This document shows, in pieces, positions 18,657-28,571 of a stretch of 64,000 nt of DNA; positions within the stretch are counted from its first letter, which is position 1; the number at the start of each line of letters is the position of its first letter. The notes beneath the pieces were generated by a model. It did not search any database, had not been told where the DNA came from, and worked only from the letters and a program-made list of their open reading frames with translations. Location of the stretch: NCBI GenBank assembly GCA_965198225.1, contig CBDAOY010000007.1, positions 512,001-576,000 of the forward strand. The letters run 5' to 3'. The DNA is from Terriglobia bacterium (GTDB lineage: Bacteria; Acidobacteriota; Terriglobia; 20CM-2-55-15). A program made the translations under genes and the position numbers.

Positions 18657-19515
18657 GGAGCCTGGAATCGACTTTTTCTTCGGGTGCGATAGACGGATCG
18701 ATATCCATCCCGAGCACTCGCGCGAGAACAAAATGAAGCTGCCGCACGCCTTCGGTGAGGGCAGCCGGTCCAGGTTGAAGGATGTAGGTGGACTTGACTT
18801 CGTAAAGGTTGCCGTTCTTGACAGCTTCCACTCCCGACCAGGTTTCGCGATCCCGCACGAAATCCGGGTTGAACCGCACGCCGCACCAGGATCCGATCAC
18901 GATGTCGGGATTCTTTCGGGCGACAGTCTTCGGGTCGAGGATTCGGTCCTTGGCCAGGGCCTTGTCCCGGAGTTCCGGGAACATCGACTCCCCTCCTGCG
19001 ATCTCGAGTAATTCGTCCACCCACCGTATGCCGCTGATCAGTGGATCGTTCCATTCCTCGAAGAACACCCGGGGTCGACGCTCGAAGCGGGCTGCCGATG
19101 CCTCGATGGCTTTCAGCCCACCCTGAAGTTCTGCGACGAGTGCGTCACCCTTGCCTCCAGCTCCCACCAGTCGTGCCACCGTCAGAATCATCTCCAGGAT
19201 CTCAGCCACGCTCCGCTGGTTGAACGTGAACACCGCCGCCCCACGCCGAATCAGTTCGGCCGCGATGTCGGCCTGCAGGTCGGAGAATGCCAGCACGAGG
19301 TCGGGTTCCAGGGCAAGGATCTTGTCGAACTTGGCATTGATGAAAGCGGAGACCTTCGGCTTTTGCCGGGCTTCGGGCGGTCGAACCGTGTAGCCGGAGA
19401 TCCCGACGATGCGTTCCTGTTCGCCGAGGAGGTAGAGCGTCTCGGTGGTCTCTTCGGTCAGACAGATAATCCGCCGGGGGTAGGAGCGAGCGTCGGCTGT
19501 TCCAGCGTGGCTCAT
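18652..19515 (-). CDS. BtuF-like cobalamin/iron ABC substrate-binding protein (no signal peptide)
   Basis: RIICLTEETTETLYLLG, LEPDLVLAFSDLQ, FFEEWNDP, ILQPGP. Confidence 0.88.
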   Translation of the reverse strand: MSHAGTADARSYPRRIICLTEETTETLYLLGEQERIVGISGYTVRPPEARQKPKVSAFINAKFDKILALEPDLVLAFSDLQADIAAELIRRGAAVFTFNQRSVAEILEMILTVARLVGAGGKGDALVAELQGGLKAIEASAARFERRPRVFFEEWNDPLISGIRWVDELLEIAGGESMFPELRDKALAKDRILDPKTVARKNPDIVIGSWCGVRFNPDFVRDRETWSGVEAVKNGNLYEVKSTYILQPGPAALTEGVRQLHFVLARVLGMDIDPSIAPEEKVDSRLL

Positions 19516-19617
19516 TGAGACATTATCCCTTTTAACAGCTTCTTTACATCCCCGAGCCAACCTGAAACAGCTTTTTCCCGTCTGAATAACTGAACCGACG
19601 AACTAGAGGAGAAACCC

Positions 19618-19920
19618 ATGGTCTGGTCCGATTTTGAGAGTCTTTGCCGCTGGAGATACAGGTTGATGCCTCTCCGTCCGGAGTTGAGCGATGCGGCCGA
19701 GCGACTGCGTCGGGAAGTCGGGTCCGACGGGCGTCTGATGGCCAGTCCGCGTCGCGAGAACTTCTATGAGATCGTTCAGGGAGGACGCTGGTATTTCGTG
19801 CATGTCCATCACGCGAGTCGAACTATCTATCTGATTGCTTCTACATCAGTTGCCCGGATTGCCAGCCGCCTCCAGCCAGCCCTCGAGCGCTCTCGACTGC
19901 TATCAGAGGCAGGCGCGTAG
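19618..19920 (+). CDS. Hypothetical protein (100 aa)
   Basis: RBS GAGGAG before ATG; fills the gap; NFYEI..WYFVHVH..TIYLIA beta-rich core. Confidence 0.65.
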   Translation: MVWSDFESLCRWRYRLMPLRPELSDAAERLRREVGSDGRLMASPRRENFYEIVQGGRWYFVHVHHASRTIYLIASTSVARIASRLQPALERSRLLSEAGA

Positions 19921-20065
19921 TATCTTCGAACGCCGCTGCCACATTCCCACTCCGACGAAGATCGCTTTTCAAACTCCACAAATCTCAGAAAAATAACCAT
20001 TTAGGTCTGATCGAGGTGGAGGTTTTTCCTTCAAGGTTCGATGCTTGCCTGCCGATACACCGAAT

Positions 20066-21640
20066 ATGTGGGTAGCGTTCGCCATTGCTGGCGCTCTTGT
20101 CGCGATCGTGCTGCACGACGTGTCGCAGCGGAAACACGCCATTCTCCGAAACTATCCTATTATAGGGCACTTACGGTACCTTCTTGAGAAAGTGGGCCCG
20201 GAACTGCGCCAGTACATCGTCACGGGCAATAACGAAGAGAGACCGTTCAGCCGCGACCAGAGAAGTTGGGTCTACGCGTCCTCGAAGCGTCAGAACAACT
20301 ACTCCGGCTTCGGTACGGACGACGAACTGGAGCTGTCGCCCAACTACCTGATTATCAAACAGTCGGCTTTTCCAATGAACTCGGTCCTTCCGGGGGAGCC
20401 GGGTCATGACCCGCTTCATCCGATCCCGGTTGCCAAGGTGCTCGGTGGGGCGCGCGGGCGACGCCAGGCCTTCCGGCCATCCTCCATCGTGAACGTTTCG
20501 GGGATGAGTTACGGATCGTTGAGTTCGGCTGCGGTCGAGGCGATCAACCGCGGATGCCGCGGGGCGGGATGTTTGCACAACACGGGCGAGGGCGGCATCT
20601 CACCCTTCCACCAGTTCGGCGGCGAGCTGATATGGCAGCTGGGTACGGGCTATTTCGGTTGTCGCGATGAGCAGGGCCGCTTCTCGAAGGTACGGTTTCT
20701 CGAAACCGTTGCCTCCAACAAGATCCGGGCGATCGAAATCAAGCTCAGTCAGGGCGCCAAGCCGGGCCTGGGCGGCGTGCTGCCCGGAGCCAAGGTCACG
20801 GAGGAAATCGCCCGGGTCCGCGGCATTCCGGTAGGCGAGACTTGTATGAGTCCGAACAGCCACAGCGCCTTCGGCAATGTCGACAGCATGCTGGACTTCG
20901 TGGAAGACCTGGCCGACGCCAGCGGTCTTCCGGTCGGGATCAAGTCGGCAGTCGGCGATCTCGGTTTCTGGAGTGAATTGGCCGAACAGATGGTGACCAC
21001 CGGGCGCGGTGTGGACTTCGTGACGATCGACGGCGGCGAGGGCGGAACCGGCGCGGCTCCGCTGGTCTTCGCCGACCATGTCGCCCTGCCGTTCAAGAAC
21101 GGCTTCAGCCGCGTCTATCGAGAGTTCGCCGAGGTCGGTATCCACGAAGACGTCGTTTTCGTCGGTTCCGGCAAACTGGGCTTTCCCGAAGCGGCGGTCT
21201 TCGCCTTCGCGCTTGGTTGCGACATGATCGCGGTGGCGCGCGAGCCGATGATGTCGATCGGATGTATTCAGGCGCAGCGGTGCCACACGGGACATTGTCC
21301 GGCTGGAATCGCAACCCAGAACAAGTGGCTCATGCGCGGGTTGGACCCGACGCTGAAGTCCGATCGGCTGACCAATTACATCTGCACCCTCCGGAAGGAA
21401 ATCGAGGCGATCTCCCGTGCGTGCGGAGTATGCCATCCCTCCTTGCTTTCCGACGAACATCTGGAGGTCCTGGACGGACGCTTCGGCACTTCGTCTCTGT
21501 TCGAACTGTTCGGCTACCGCGGCGGATGGGGTCTACCCTCGTCCGAAGATCAGCGCGCGATCTATCGCATCATGGGAGCGGAAGAACTCGAATCCGCTGG
21601 CGCCCGCCAGACCGCTCCGATCATGAAGCTTGTCAGCTAG
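20066..21640 (+). CDS. FMN-binding glutamate synthase family protein (stand-alone), paralog 1
   Basis: MSYGSLS, NTGEGG, EIKLSQGAKPG, DGGEGGTGAAP, CIQAQRCHTGHCP 3Fe-4S motif; N-terminal TM. Confidence 0.93.
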   Translation: MWVAFAIAGALVAIVLHDVSQRKHAILRNYPIIGHLRYLLEKVGPELRQYIVTGNNEERPFSRDQRSWVYASSKRQNNYSGFGTDDELELSPNYLIIKQSAFPMNSVLPGEPGHDPLHPIPVAKVLGGARGRRQAFRPSSIVNVSGMSYGSLSSAAVEAINRGCRGAGCLHNTGEGGISPFHQFGGELIWQLGTGYFGCRDEQGRFSKVRFLETVASNKIRAIEIKLSQGAKPGLGGVLPGAKVTEEIARVRGIPVGETCMSPNSHSAFGNVDSMLDFVEDLADASGLPVGIKSAVGDLGFWSELAEQMVTTGRGVDFVTIDGGEGGTGAAPLVFADHVALPFKNGFSRVYREFAEVGIHEDVVFVGSGKLGFPEAAVFAFALGCDMIAVAREPMMSIGCIQAQRCHTGHCPAGIATQNKWLMRGLDPTLKSDRLTNYICTLRKEIEAISRACGVCHPSLLSDEHLEVLDGRFGTSSLFELFGYRGGWGLPSSEDQRAIYRIMGAEELESAGARQTAPIMKLVS

Positions 21641-21696
21641 GACCCCCACTCGGCCAACAGCCGTTGACTGTATTCGTTTACGCGGCTTAACATGGC

Positions 21697-23298
21697 GTGA
21701 AGCAACCGGATATGCTCACGACATGGATTCTCCCTGCCATCGGTTTGATACTGGTTGGCGTTATAGTTTTTGACCTCGTCCAGCGCAAGCACGCCATCCT
21801 GCGGAATTTCCCGATCCTCGGTCACTTTCGCTACATTTTCGAGGCCGTCGGTCCGGAACTGCGCCAGTACATCGTCACCAGCAACAACGAAGAGAGGCCG
21901 TTCAACAGAGACCAGCGGAGCTGGATCTACGCGTCGTCAAAGCGTCAGAACAACTACTTTGGTTTCGGTACCGACGACGAGTTGGAGCTATCCCCGAACT
22001 ATCTCATCTTCAAGCACGCGGCTTTTCCGATCGACGCCAGCCATCCAGGAGAGCCTGGTTACGACCCGATGTATCCGCTGCCCTGCGCCAAGGTCTTGGG
22101 GCGCAAGCGAAATCGGAAGAAGGCGTTCCGGCCGAACTCCGTCATCAACGTTTCCGCGATGAGCTTCGGGTCTCTGAGTTCCGCTGCCGTGTCAGCGCTG
22201 AACCGGGGCTGTACCCTGGCGGATTGTCTTCACAACACCGGCGAGGGGGGCATCTCTCCGTACCATAAGCTGGGCGGCGATCTCATCTGGCAGATCGGTA
22301 CCGGCTACTTCGGCTGCCGCGACGAGCGGGGTCGCTTTTCGATGGACAAGTTCCTCGAGGCGGTATCGTCCGCACCGGTTCGTGCGATCGAAGTCAAGCT
22401 CAGCCAGGGGGCGAAACCCGGCATAGGCGGTGTGCTCCCGGCCGCCAAGGTGACGGCGGAAATTGCGGCGATCCGCGGTATTCCAGTCGGTCAGACATGC
22501 GTCAGTCCATCGGCGCACAGCGCGTTCTCGGACGTCGACAGCATGCTGGACTTCATCGAAGATCTGGCGGCGGTTTCGGGTCTGCCTGTCGGAATCAAGT
22601 CCGCTGTCGGCCAGATGGGTTTCTGGAGGGAACTCGGACACCAGATGGCGACGAGTGGTCGCGGCGTCGACTTCGTGACGATTGACGGCGGCGAAGGTGG
22701 AACCGGTGCGGCCCCGCTCGTGTTCAGCGATCACGTCGCGCTGCCGTTCAAGCAGGGGTTCAGCCGCGTCTACCGAGAACTGGCCGAGGCCGGCGTTCAC
22801 AACGACGTCGTCTTCATCGGTTCGGCTAAACTGGGATTCCCCGAAAACGCCATTCTCTCTTTCGCCCTCGGATGCGACATGGTTGGCGTGGCGCGAGAAG
22901 CCATGATGTCGATCGGCTGTATTCAGGCCCAGCGCTGTCACTCCGGACATTGCCCGACCGGTGTGGCGACCCAGAATCGGTGGCTGGTCCGAGGGTTGGA
23001 TCCGGAATCCAAGGCCGATCGCTTCGCGAATTACGTGTGCACCCTCCGCAAGGAGCTCATCTCAATTGCCCGGGCCTGCGGCGTATGCCACCCGGCGATG
23101 CTCACCGACTCTCACATCGAGATCCTCGACGGTCGTTTCGGTGCCGCCTCGCTCTTTGAGGTCTTCGGCTATCGCGACGATTGGGGCCTGCCCTCGCTGG
23201 AGGATCGGGAGGAGATCCGCCGGATCATCGAGGCCGGCTGCCCGAAGCTCGGAGAGGCCGCCCGGCGTCTCGAGATGGAGGGGATACCGGGCGACTGA
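21697..23298 (+). CDS. FMN-binding glutamate synthase family protein, paralog 2
   Basis: Same motifs, colinear with paralog 1. Confidence 0.93.
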   Translation: MKQPDMLTTWILPAIGLILVGVIVFDLVQRKHAILRNFPILGHFRYIFEAVGPELRQYIVTSNNEERPFNRDQRSWIYASSKRQNNYFGFGTDDELELSPNYLIFKHAAFPIDASHPGEPGYDPMYPLPCAKVLGRKRNRKKAFRPNSVINVSAMSFGSLSSAAVSALNRGCTLADCLHNTGEGGISPYHKLGGDLIWQIGTGYFGCRDERGRFSMDKFLEAVSSAPVRAIEVKLSQGAKPGIGGVLPAAKVTAEIAAIRGIPVGQTCVSPSAHSAFSDVDSMLDFIEDLAAVSGLPVGIKSAVGQMGFWRELGHQMATSGRGVDFVTIDGGEGGTGAAPLVFSDHVALPFKQGFSRVYRELAEAGVHNDVVFIGSAKLGFPENAILSFALGCDMVGVAREAMMSIGCIQAQRCHSGHCPTGVATQNRWLVRGLDPESKADRFANYVCTLRKELISIARACGVCHPAMLTDSHIEILDGRFGAASLFEVFGYRDDWGLPSLEDREEIRRIIEAGCPKLGEAARRLEMEGIPGD

Positions 23299-23389
23299 CC
23301 GCACTTCTCACCGACCCCGAGCCCCGCTGTCGGGGCATTCGGTCCCCGTCTCCGATCTGACTGAGCACCGAGAACTCCCTCATCCTGTT

Positions 23390-23536
23390 GCATTGCAGAT
23401 TGGTCATCGGACGAATCCACATTGGAAGTTGGAGATTGCAGATTGCTCGATTTCTTATTGGTCGGAAATCTGAAAATGAAGCAATCTCCAATGAGCAACC
23501 TGCAATATGGATTGTTCAGATATCGCGATTTGCAAT
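23390..23536. repeat. AT-rich heptamer (TTGCAGA/AATCTCC-type) imperfect inverted repeat
   Basis: ATTGCAGATTG..TTGGAGATTGCAGATTG / GCAATCTCCAAT..CAACCTGCAAT between convergent genes. Confidence 0.7.
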
Positions 23537-23571
23537 AAGACGCACCAGTTTCCGGAGACTGTTACAGGTCA

Positions 23572-24129
23572 CTAGGGGCCAGGGAAGTGGCGGAATTCCC
23601 TCTGGATGAAACCTGTTCCGTTATCGCCGAAAAAGAAGAATTCGCCCGGGCCTCCGGTCAGTCCCAACATGCGAAAGATCGTATTCCCACCGGCCTTTTT
23701 CAGCGTTTCCAGCAGGTCGCGCTGATCCGTCGTCAGGAGGTTCTCGAAATCCGTCTGGAACTGCACCTGACTTTCCCCCAGTTGTTCCGAGACAGCCTGC
23801 CGTTCGAGATATGCGGTGCCAACCGCTGTAGCGTCTCCCCCTTCGGCGAGTGCATCGAGCGTCCGGCTCTTCTCGCGCAGTTCCCGGGTCAGATCCCTGG
23901 TGGTCTGGCTTCGTTCTTCGACGATCGCCTCCAGGCTGGCCATCTGACTTTCTGTGAGGTCGAGCAACTCCCGCACCCGATCCAGCCGGTTGTCCGAGCG
24001 CCACTCGAAGAGAGCGTGGTCGCCTTCTCCTCTGTACACGTGGATTTCGTGTTCGGTGCTTTCCTGGGCCAGGCCGGGTGTCGAGAGAACCAGAGCCGCC
24101 AGCGCGGCGAACAAAGTGCGGGTCGTCAT
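23572..24129 (-). CDS. Spy/CpxP (LTXXQ) family periplasmic protein
   Basis: Signal peptide, LDLTESQ and LLTTDQR motifs, RBS AAGGAG. Confidence 0.8.
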   Translation of the reverse strand: MTTRTLFAALAALVLSTPGLAQESTEHEIHVYRGEGDHALFEWRSDNRLDRVRELLDLTESQMASLEAIVEERSQTTRDLTRELREKSRTLDALAEGGDATAVGTAYLERQAVSEQLGESQVQFQTDFENLLTTDQRDLLETLKKAGGNTIFRMLGLTGGPGEFFFFGDNGTGFIQREFRHFPGP

Positions 24130-24229
24130 AGGTCGATGCTCCTTGTGATGTCAGTTCACTGTTACAGGCCACTAATTCCAGCCTAGCGGTTCCGGTCGGT
24201 CCCGATGGTTAAGACGAAGAAAACCTTTT

Positions 24230-24243
24230 GTAAAGAACGTAAA
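24230..24243. promoter_or_regulatory. GTAAA-N4-GTAAA direct repeat (CpxR/OmpR-like box) upstream of the Spy-like gene
   Basis: GTAAAGAACGTAAA about 100 bp upstream of the start. Confidence 0.35.
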
Positions 24244-24248
24244 GGAGC

Positions 24249-24311
24249 AGCTAACAGCCGTCGGCTGTCAGCCATCAGCTTCGGGCGCTGAGAGCTGAGT
24301 GCTGATCGCTT
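24249..24311. repeat. GCTGAGA/TCAGC heptamer hairpin
   Basis: GGCTGTCAGCCATCAGC-TTCGGGC-GCTGAGAGCTGAGTGCTGATCGCT right after the amidase stop. Confidence 0.65.
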
Positions 24312-24314
24312 ATT

Positions 24315-26044
24315 TCAAGCGTCGAGGTTCGGGTGACGAAGGTGAAAGTCGGTGGCGTCCTGATAGGCCCTCGCGAGAGTGAGCATTTCGGCTTCGCCGT
24401 ATAGCTTGCCCACGAAGAGAATACCGGTGGGCATGTCGTCGGAAGTAAACCCGTTGGGTACCGACACTCCGGGGTGCCCGGTCAGATTGTTGGCTCTGTT
24501 GTTCGGGCTGCCTCCGGACGGAGCGACATAGACGTCGATGTCGCGGAGCGCTTCCGCCATTCCTTCCATCAGCAGCATCCGGAGCCGGTTCATCTGCAAG
24601 TACTCGACTGCGGGGACCAGCCTGGTGTTACGAATCAACATCGCTTCCGGTTCCGTCCGGTCCTTGATGAGCAACTCATCCCGACCGCTGCGGGTCAACT
24701 CGTCGAAGACCGCTGCCTCTTCGGAGAGCAGCATGGTCAGCGCGTTCATGCCCGCGTGTTCGGGCAGGCGCACGGGAACCAGATCAACCCCAAGCTCCCT
24801 GAGGGCATCCAGGGTGGCGAGGTCGTTCCTCCTCGCGGCGGTCCCGTTCGCTCCGCGTGGTTCGGAATCGAATGCCTCCTGGAGGTAGCCGATGCGCAGA
24901 GAGTCGATCCCCCGTCGCCCATCCCAGTTGAACGGTCTGTCGACCAGAGAGAGGTCCCGCCCGTCTGGACCGAGATCGCGTCGAACACGATGGAGCAGTC
25001 TTCGACTGCACGGCACATCGGCCCGACCTTGTCGAGGCTCCAGCTTGCCGGCATCACCCCGAAGCGACTCACCCTCCCGTAGGTGGGGCGCATGCCCGTG
25101 ATCCCGCAGCGTCTTGACGGTCCGACGATCGATCCCAGCGTCTCGGTTCCGATCGCAAACCCCACCAGGCCGGCAGCGGTCGCAGCCGCCGGTCCCGCGG
25201 ATGACCCGCCGGATCCCTCCGCCGGATTCCAGGGGTTATTGGTCCGGCCGCCGAACCAGCGGTCACCGCGGGCGAGCTCTCCGGAGGTCAACTTCGCGAC
25301 GAGAACGGCGCCGGCTTCTTCGAGTCTTTCGACGACCGTGCTGTTGGTGTCGATGACCTGGTCCTTGTAGGCTTCCGAGCCCCAGGTCGTCTTGTAACCG
25401 CGTCGTGCCAGCAGGTCTTTGGCGCCCCACGGGATGCCGTGCAGCGGGCCCCGGTATCTCCCGGCGGCAATCTCTTCGTCTGCCCGCGCCGCCTGTTCAG
25501 AGGCGAGTTCTTCGGTAAGGGTGACCACGCAGTTCAGCAAAGGGTTGTACTTCTTGAGCCGGTTCAGGTACATCCGTGTCAATTCCACGGATGTGACCCG
25601 CCGCGTTTCGATCAGTCGAGCCAGGTGGATAAGGGGCCAGAAGGCGACGTCCTCGAGGTCGGCCGGTCTTTCGAGAGGGGGCGGAGCGCTGAATCGGATG
25701 AGTCTTCGTTCATCGTCGAACGTCATCCCCGCGACCGCGGGGTTGAAGTAGAGGGGCGGCACCACACTCGGATCGAGTGGAATCTGTCGAAGCTCCTCGA
25801 AGCTGGCGAGGTTGTCGTTGACACCTTCGACCATCTCCGCCCGTTGTTCAGGCGAAAACTCCAGCCCGGCCAGCCGCGCTGCTTCGTCGATCATCTCGCT
25901 GGTGATTCGTTGCTCGCCTTCGGCCGACTGTGCCCATAACACACCAGGGAAGAGCGTCGACGTAAGGCCCAGGCTCCCCAAATACGCCAGGAAACATCTT
26001 CTCCGAAGACGATGGCCGTCCTGATGTGTGTCGGTGTCGCTCAT
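24315..26044 (-). pseudogene. Amidase-signature family enzyme with Tat-like leader; 1-nt frameshift near 24971 (real or sequencing error)
   Basis: RRRCFL leader, GPLHGIPWGAKD, GGSSAG, GTETLGSI in one frame; GPDGRD...NLTGHP C-terminus in another. Confidence 0.85.
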
Positions 26045-26162
26045 CTCTTTTCCGATCTGACTATCCGGGGCCGTGTAGGAGGTCTTTACCGTCGCAGCCG
26101 AGACCCTCTGCCACTCTTCCGCGATCAGGTTAGCGCGCGCGCTCATCTCGGCTTTCGGCGGG

Positions 26163-27056
26163 CTAAGGTTCCGGAACCCTTTCGACGCGGTCGATGGGCC
26201 GTTCGGTCTGCTGAGCCCGGGTCGCCTCCCGGGTAGCCATGTTGTAGCGATCGCCCGGCGCGAGAAAATAAAACCTGCCGCCTGGCGGGATCCGACTCTG
26301 GTCGTCATAGATCACGGCGTAGCTCTGTCCGATGACCCGGAAACGGTCCCCCTGGACGACGATTGCCGTATTCTCGTCCAGCCCGATCCCGAGTAGATCG
26401 GGATTCGCGTCGATCACCTCCAGCATATCGAAATGTCGGTTCCGCCGCAGAAGGTGCTGGTCGATGCCCACGTTCTTCAGCAAGCCGAAGCCTTCGAGAT
26501 GATCACCCATCATGATCCGGCTCGTTTCCGTGTCGCCCCGGATCAGGTAGGAACCCATGATGGACGCGCCCGCGGATGATCCGCCGATGACGCCGCCGCG
26601 GTCCAGCAACTCGAGCAATTCTTCGTGGGTCTTGGTATTCAGGTAGGAGTCCGCCAGTCGCCACTGGCGGCCGCCGCCGAAGAAGACTCCGCGCGCGCGG
26701 CGAAGCGGCGCGACGAATTCATCCGTGTCGGCTACCTTCGGATCGTAGGTGTGCAGGACGGTGATGTCGGTCGCGCCGGCTTCTTTGAACAAGCGTTGAC
26801 CGGACCAATACTGGTCGTAGTGAGCCGCTCCACCCGCAGTGGGTATCAGGACCAGGGGAGCGTCCGGCCCTCCCGCCAGCTCGATGATGCGTTCCACGAT
26901 CGCCCTGTCTCGCATAGCGCCGCCCACGATTACCAGAGAGCCGTTTGCCGGGCCGACCTGCGGCGGGCCCTGCTGCCGCGGACCCTGGGCCAGGACCGGC
27001 ATCGTCAGGAGCAGAACAAGAGCCAGAGAACCCGCAAGCTTCGCAATCCTATTCAT
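26163..27056 (-). CDS. Cyanophycinase-like peptidase (S51) with signal peptide
   Basis: LVIVGG, IPTA, FGGGRQ, GGSSAGA, IDQH, GIGLDE; RBS GAGGAGG. Confidence 0.9.
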   Translation of the reverse strand: MNRIAKLAGSLALVLLLTMPVLAQGPRQQGPPQVGPANGSLVIVGGAMRDRAIVERIIELAGGPDAPLVLIPTAGGAAHYDQYWSGQRLFKEAGATDITVLHTYDPKVADTDEFVAPLRRARGVFFGGGRQWRLADSYLNTKTHEELLELLDRGGVIGGSSAGASIMGSYLIRGDTETSRIMMGDHLEGFGLLKNVGIDQHLLRRNRHFDMLEVIDANPDLLGIGLDENTAIVVQGDRFRVIGQSYAVIYDDQSRIPPGGRFYFLAPGDRYNMATREATRAQQTERPIDRVERVPEP

Positions 27057-27152
27057 CGTGCCTCCTCGCATTCCTCGTTGGATGGGCGAGTGTATCGCCG
27101 GTTGGCCGAAACGGTCAACGCCGGCCGCGTTGGCCACGCCAGGAGAAAGAAT

Positions 27153-27256
27153 AACCACGGAGGCGCGGAGGCACGGAGGGGATCCTATGTTCCGATAGAG
27201 TGCCTCGGCAGACTCTCAAAAGCCTCTGAACTCCGTGCCTCCGTGCCTCCGTGGTT
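27153..27256. repeat. CACGGAGG octamer inverted repeat
   Basis: AACCACGGAGGCGCGGAGGCACGGAG / CTCCGTGCCTCCGTGCCTCCGTGGTT. Confidence 0.88.
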
Positions 27257-27306
27257 GAAAAACAACTTGTCGTGTTTTGTACCAGTGGCAGCCAGGCGGG
27301 CAGGTC

Positions 27307-27933
27307 TCAGGCGGCCTCTGGTTTCGCTGCGATTCCCTTGCAAAGGTAGCCGCCGACCCGAGGCACCTTTTCCATGTAGAACTTCTCCAGGGCGATGAAG
27401 TGGAACCCACCGAATTGCAAGAGATCTTCGATGTTGCGGTCGAGATGACAGCCGTCGCCGATCTTCTTCTGGAGCGGCGTCAGCCGGTGTTGCCACCTTG
27501 CGATCCGAGGCTCGTCGCTCAAGCCGTGCTCGACGAAGAAGAATCGCCCGTCAGGCCTGAGGACGCGATAGATTTCATGGATCGCCTGCGACACGTCGGG
27601 AATGCTGCACAGTGTCCAAGTACTGACGACACTGTCGAACGTCTCGGCATCCATGGGAAGGGATTCGCCGCTCAGGAGTTCCGAGCGCACAGCGATCCGG
27701 GATTCCTGGATCCGTTCCTGAGCGAGTTCGTTCACACCCGGATTCGGATCGACGGTCGTGATCCGCCTCACCGCGTCCGGATAGTGCGGCAGGTTCAGCC
27801 CGCTCCCAAAGCCGATCTCCATGACCTCTCCGCCGACATCGGCCAGCAGAGCCTTTCGGATGTCGGAAAAGTTCTCACCCCGCATCGACCAGTCCATCAG
27901 GCGCGGGAAGACGTAGCTGGAGTAGATGCCGAT
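27307..27933 (-). CDS. Class I SAM-dependent methyltransferase (start probably ATC 27933; first ATG 27897)
   Basis: EIGFGSGLNL, FDSVVSTWTLCSI, VLRPDG, GCHLDR. Confidence 0.9.
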   Translation of the reverse strand: MGIYSSYVFPRLMDWSMRGENFSDIRKALLADVGGEVMEIGFGSGLNLPHYPDAVRRITTVDPNPGVNELAQERIQESRIAVRSELLSGESLPMDAETFDSVVSTWTLCSIPDVSQAIHEIYRVLRPDGRFFFVEHGLSDEPRIARWQHRLTPLQKKIGDGCHLDRNIEDLLQFGGFHFIALEKFYMEKVPRVGGYLCKGIAAKPEAA

Positions 27934-28025
27934 ACCCGCCTCCTAGGCTGTGCTTGTCCCAGTTTGCGGCGAGACAGGCTAGAAATCAACGAACCAAACC
28001 CGATGCGATGTAGTCTTAATAGAGT

Positions 28026-28571
28026 ATGTACAAGAGAACGTTCGTCTCGTTTCTGGTGTCGGCCTTTGTGGTCGCCAGTCCGGGGCAGGTTCTGGGGCAG
28101 TCGGAACCAGAAGTTGCGACCTGTGGCGCCCGGGCGGAGTGGGTTAACTGCGGAGAACCGTTGATAGTGTCGCGGACTATGCGCCCGCGGCTGATGCTCC
28201 AGCTCCTGACCCACGTCAGCCGCGGCTGCCTTAATGGTCGCGTCGACCTGACGGCCAGCTACCTCGACCGCGACAACAACGTGTTGTGTACTGGAACGCT
28301 CCGGAATCTCGCTTCGTCCACCAGGAACGTGCAGGACTTGACGCTCGAATTAGGCCCGACCGTGCTGCGCAACTTTGCCCGCTGGCGAAACCGTCCCGGG
28401 GAGCGCAACGAGCCGGTGTTCGAGGCGTTGGCCTGTACCAGCGTGGATGGCAGAGCGAACCTCTTGGACAGTCAGCTCGAGAGGGCGTCGGAGGTCGTCG
28501 TCACCGCGACGCTGCTGCCATCCAGCAGCGGGCTTGACACGGCGCAATGTCGCATACAGATTGCGCCTTAA
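28026..28571 (+). CDS. Secreted hypothetical protein
   Basis: Signal peptide, 6 Cys, beta-rich; fills the gap. Confidence 0.7.
   Translation: MYKRTFVSFLVSAFVVASPGQVLGQSEPEVATCGARAEWVNCGEPLIVSRTMRPRLMLQLLTHVSRGCLNGRVDLTASYLDRDNNVLCTGTLRNLASSTRNVQDLTLELGPTVLRNFARWRNRPGERNEPVFEALACTSVDGRANLLDSQLERASEVVVTATLLPSSSGLDTAQCRIQIAP

Noticed and set aside
19516-19617. Cobalamin riboswitch upstream of the BtuF-like gene
   Set aside because: Gap of about 100 bp with no recognisable B12-box
24960-24985. Programmed frameshift in the amidase
   Set aside because: No slippery heptamer or homopolymer; a simple 1-nt loss is more likely
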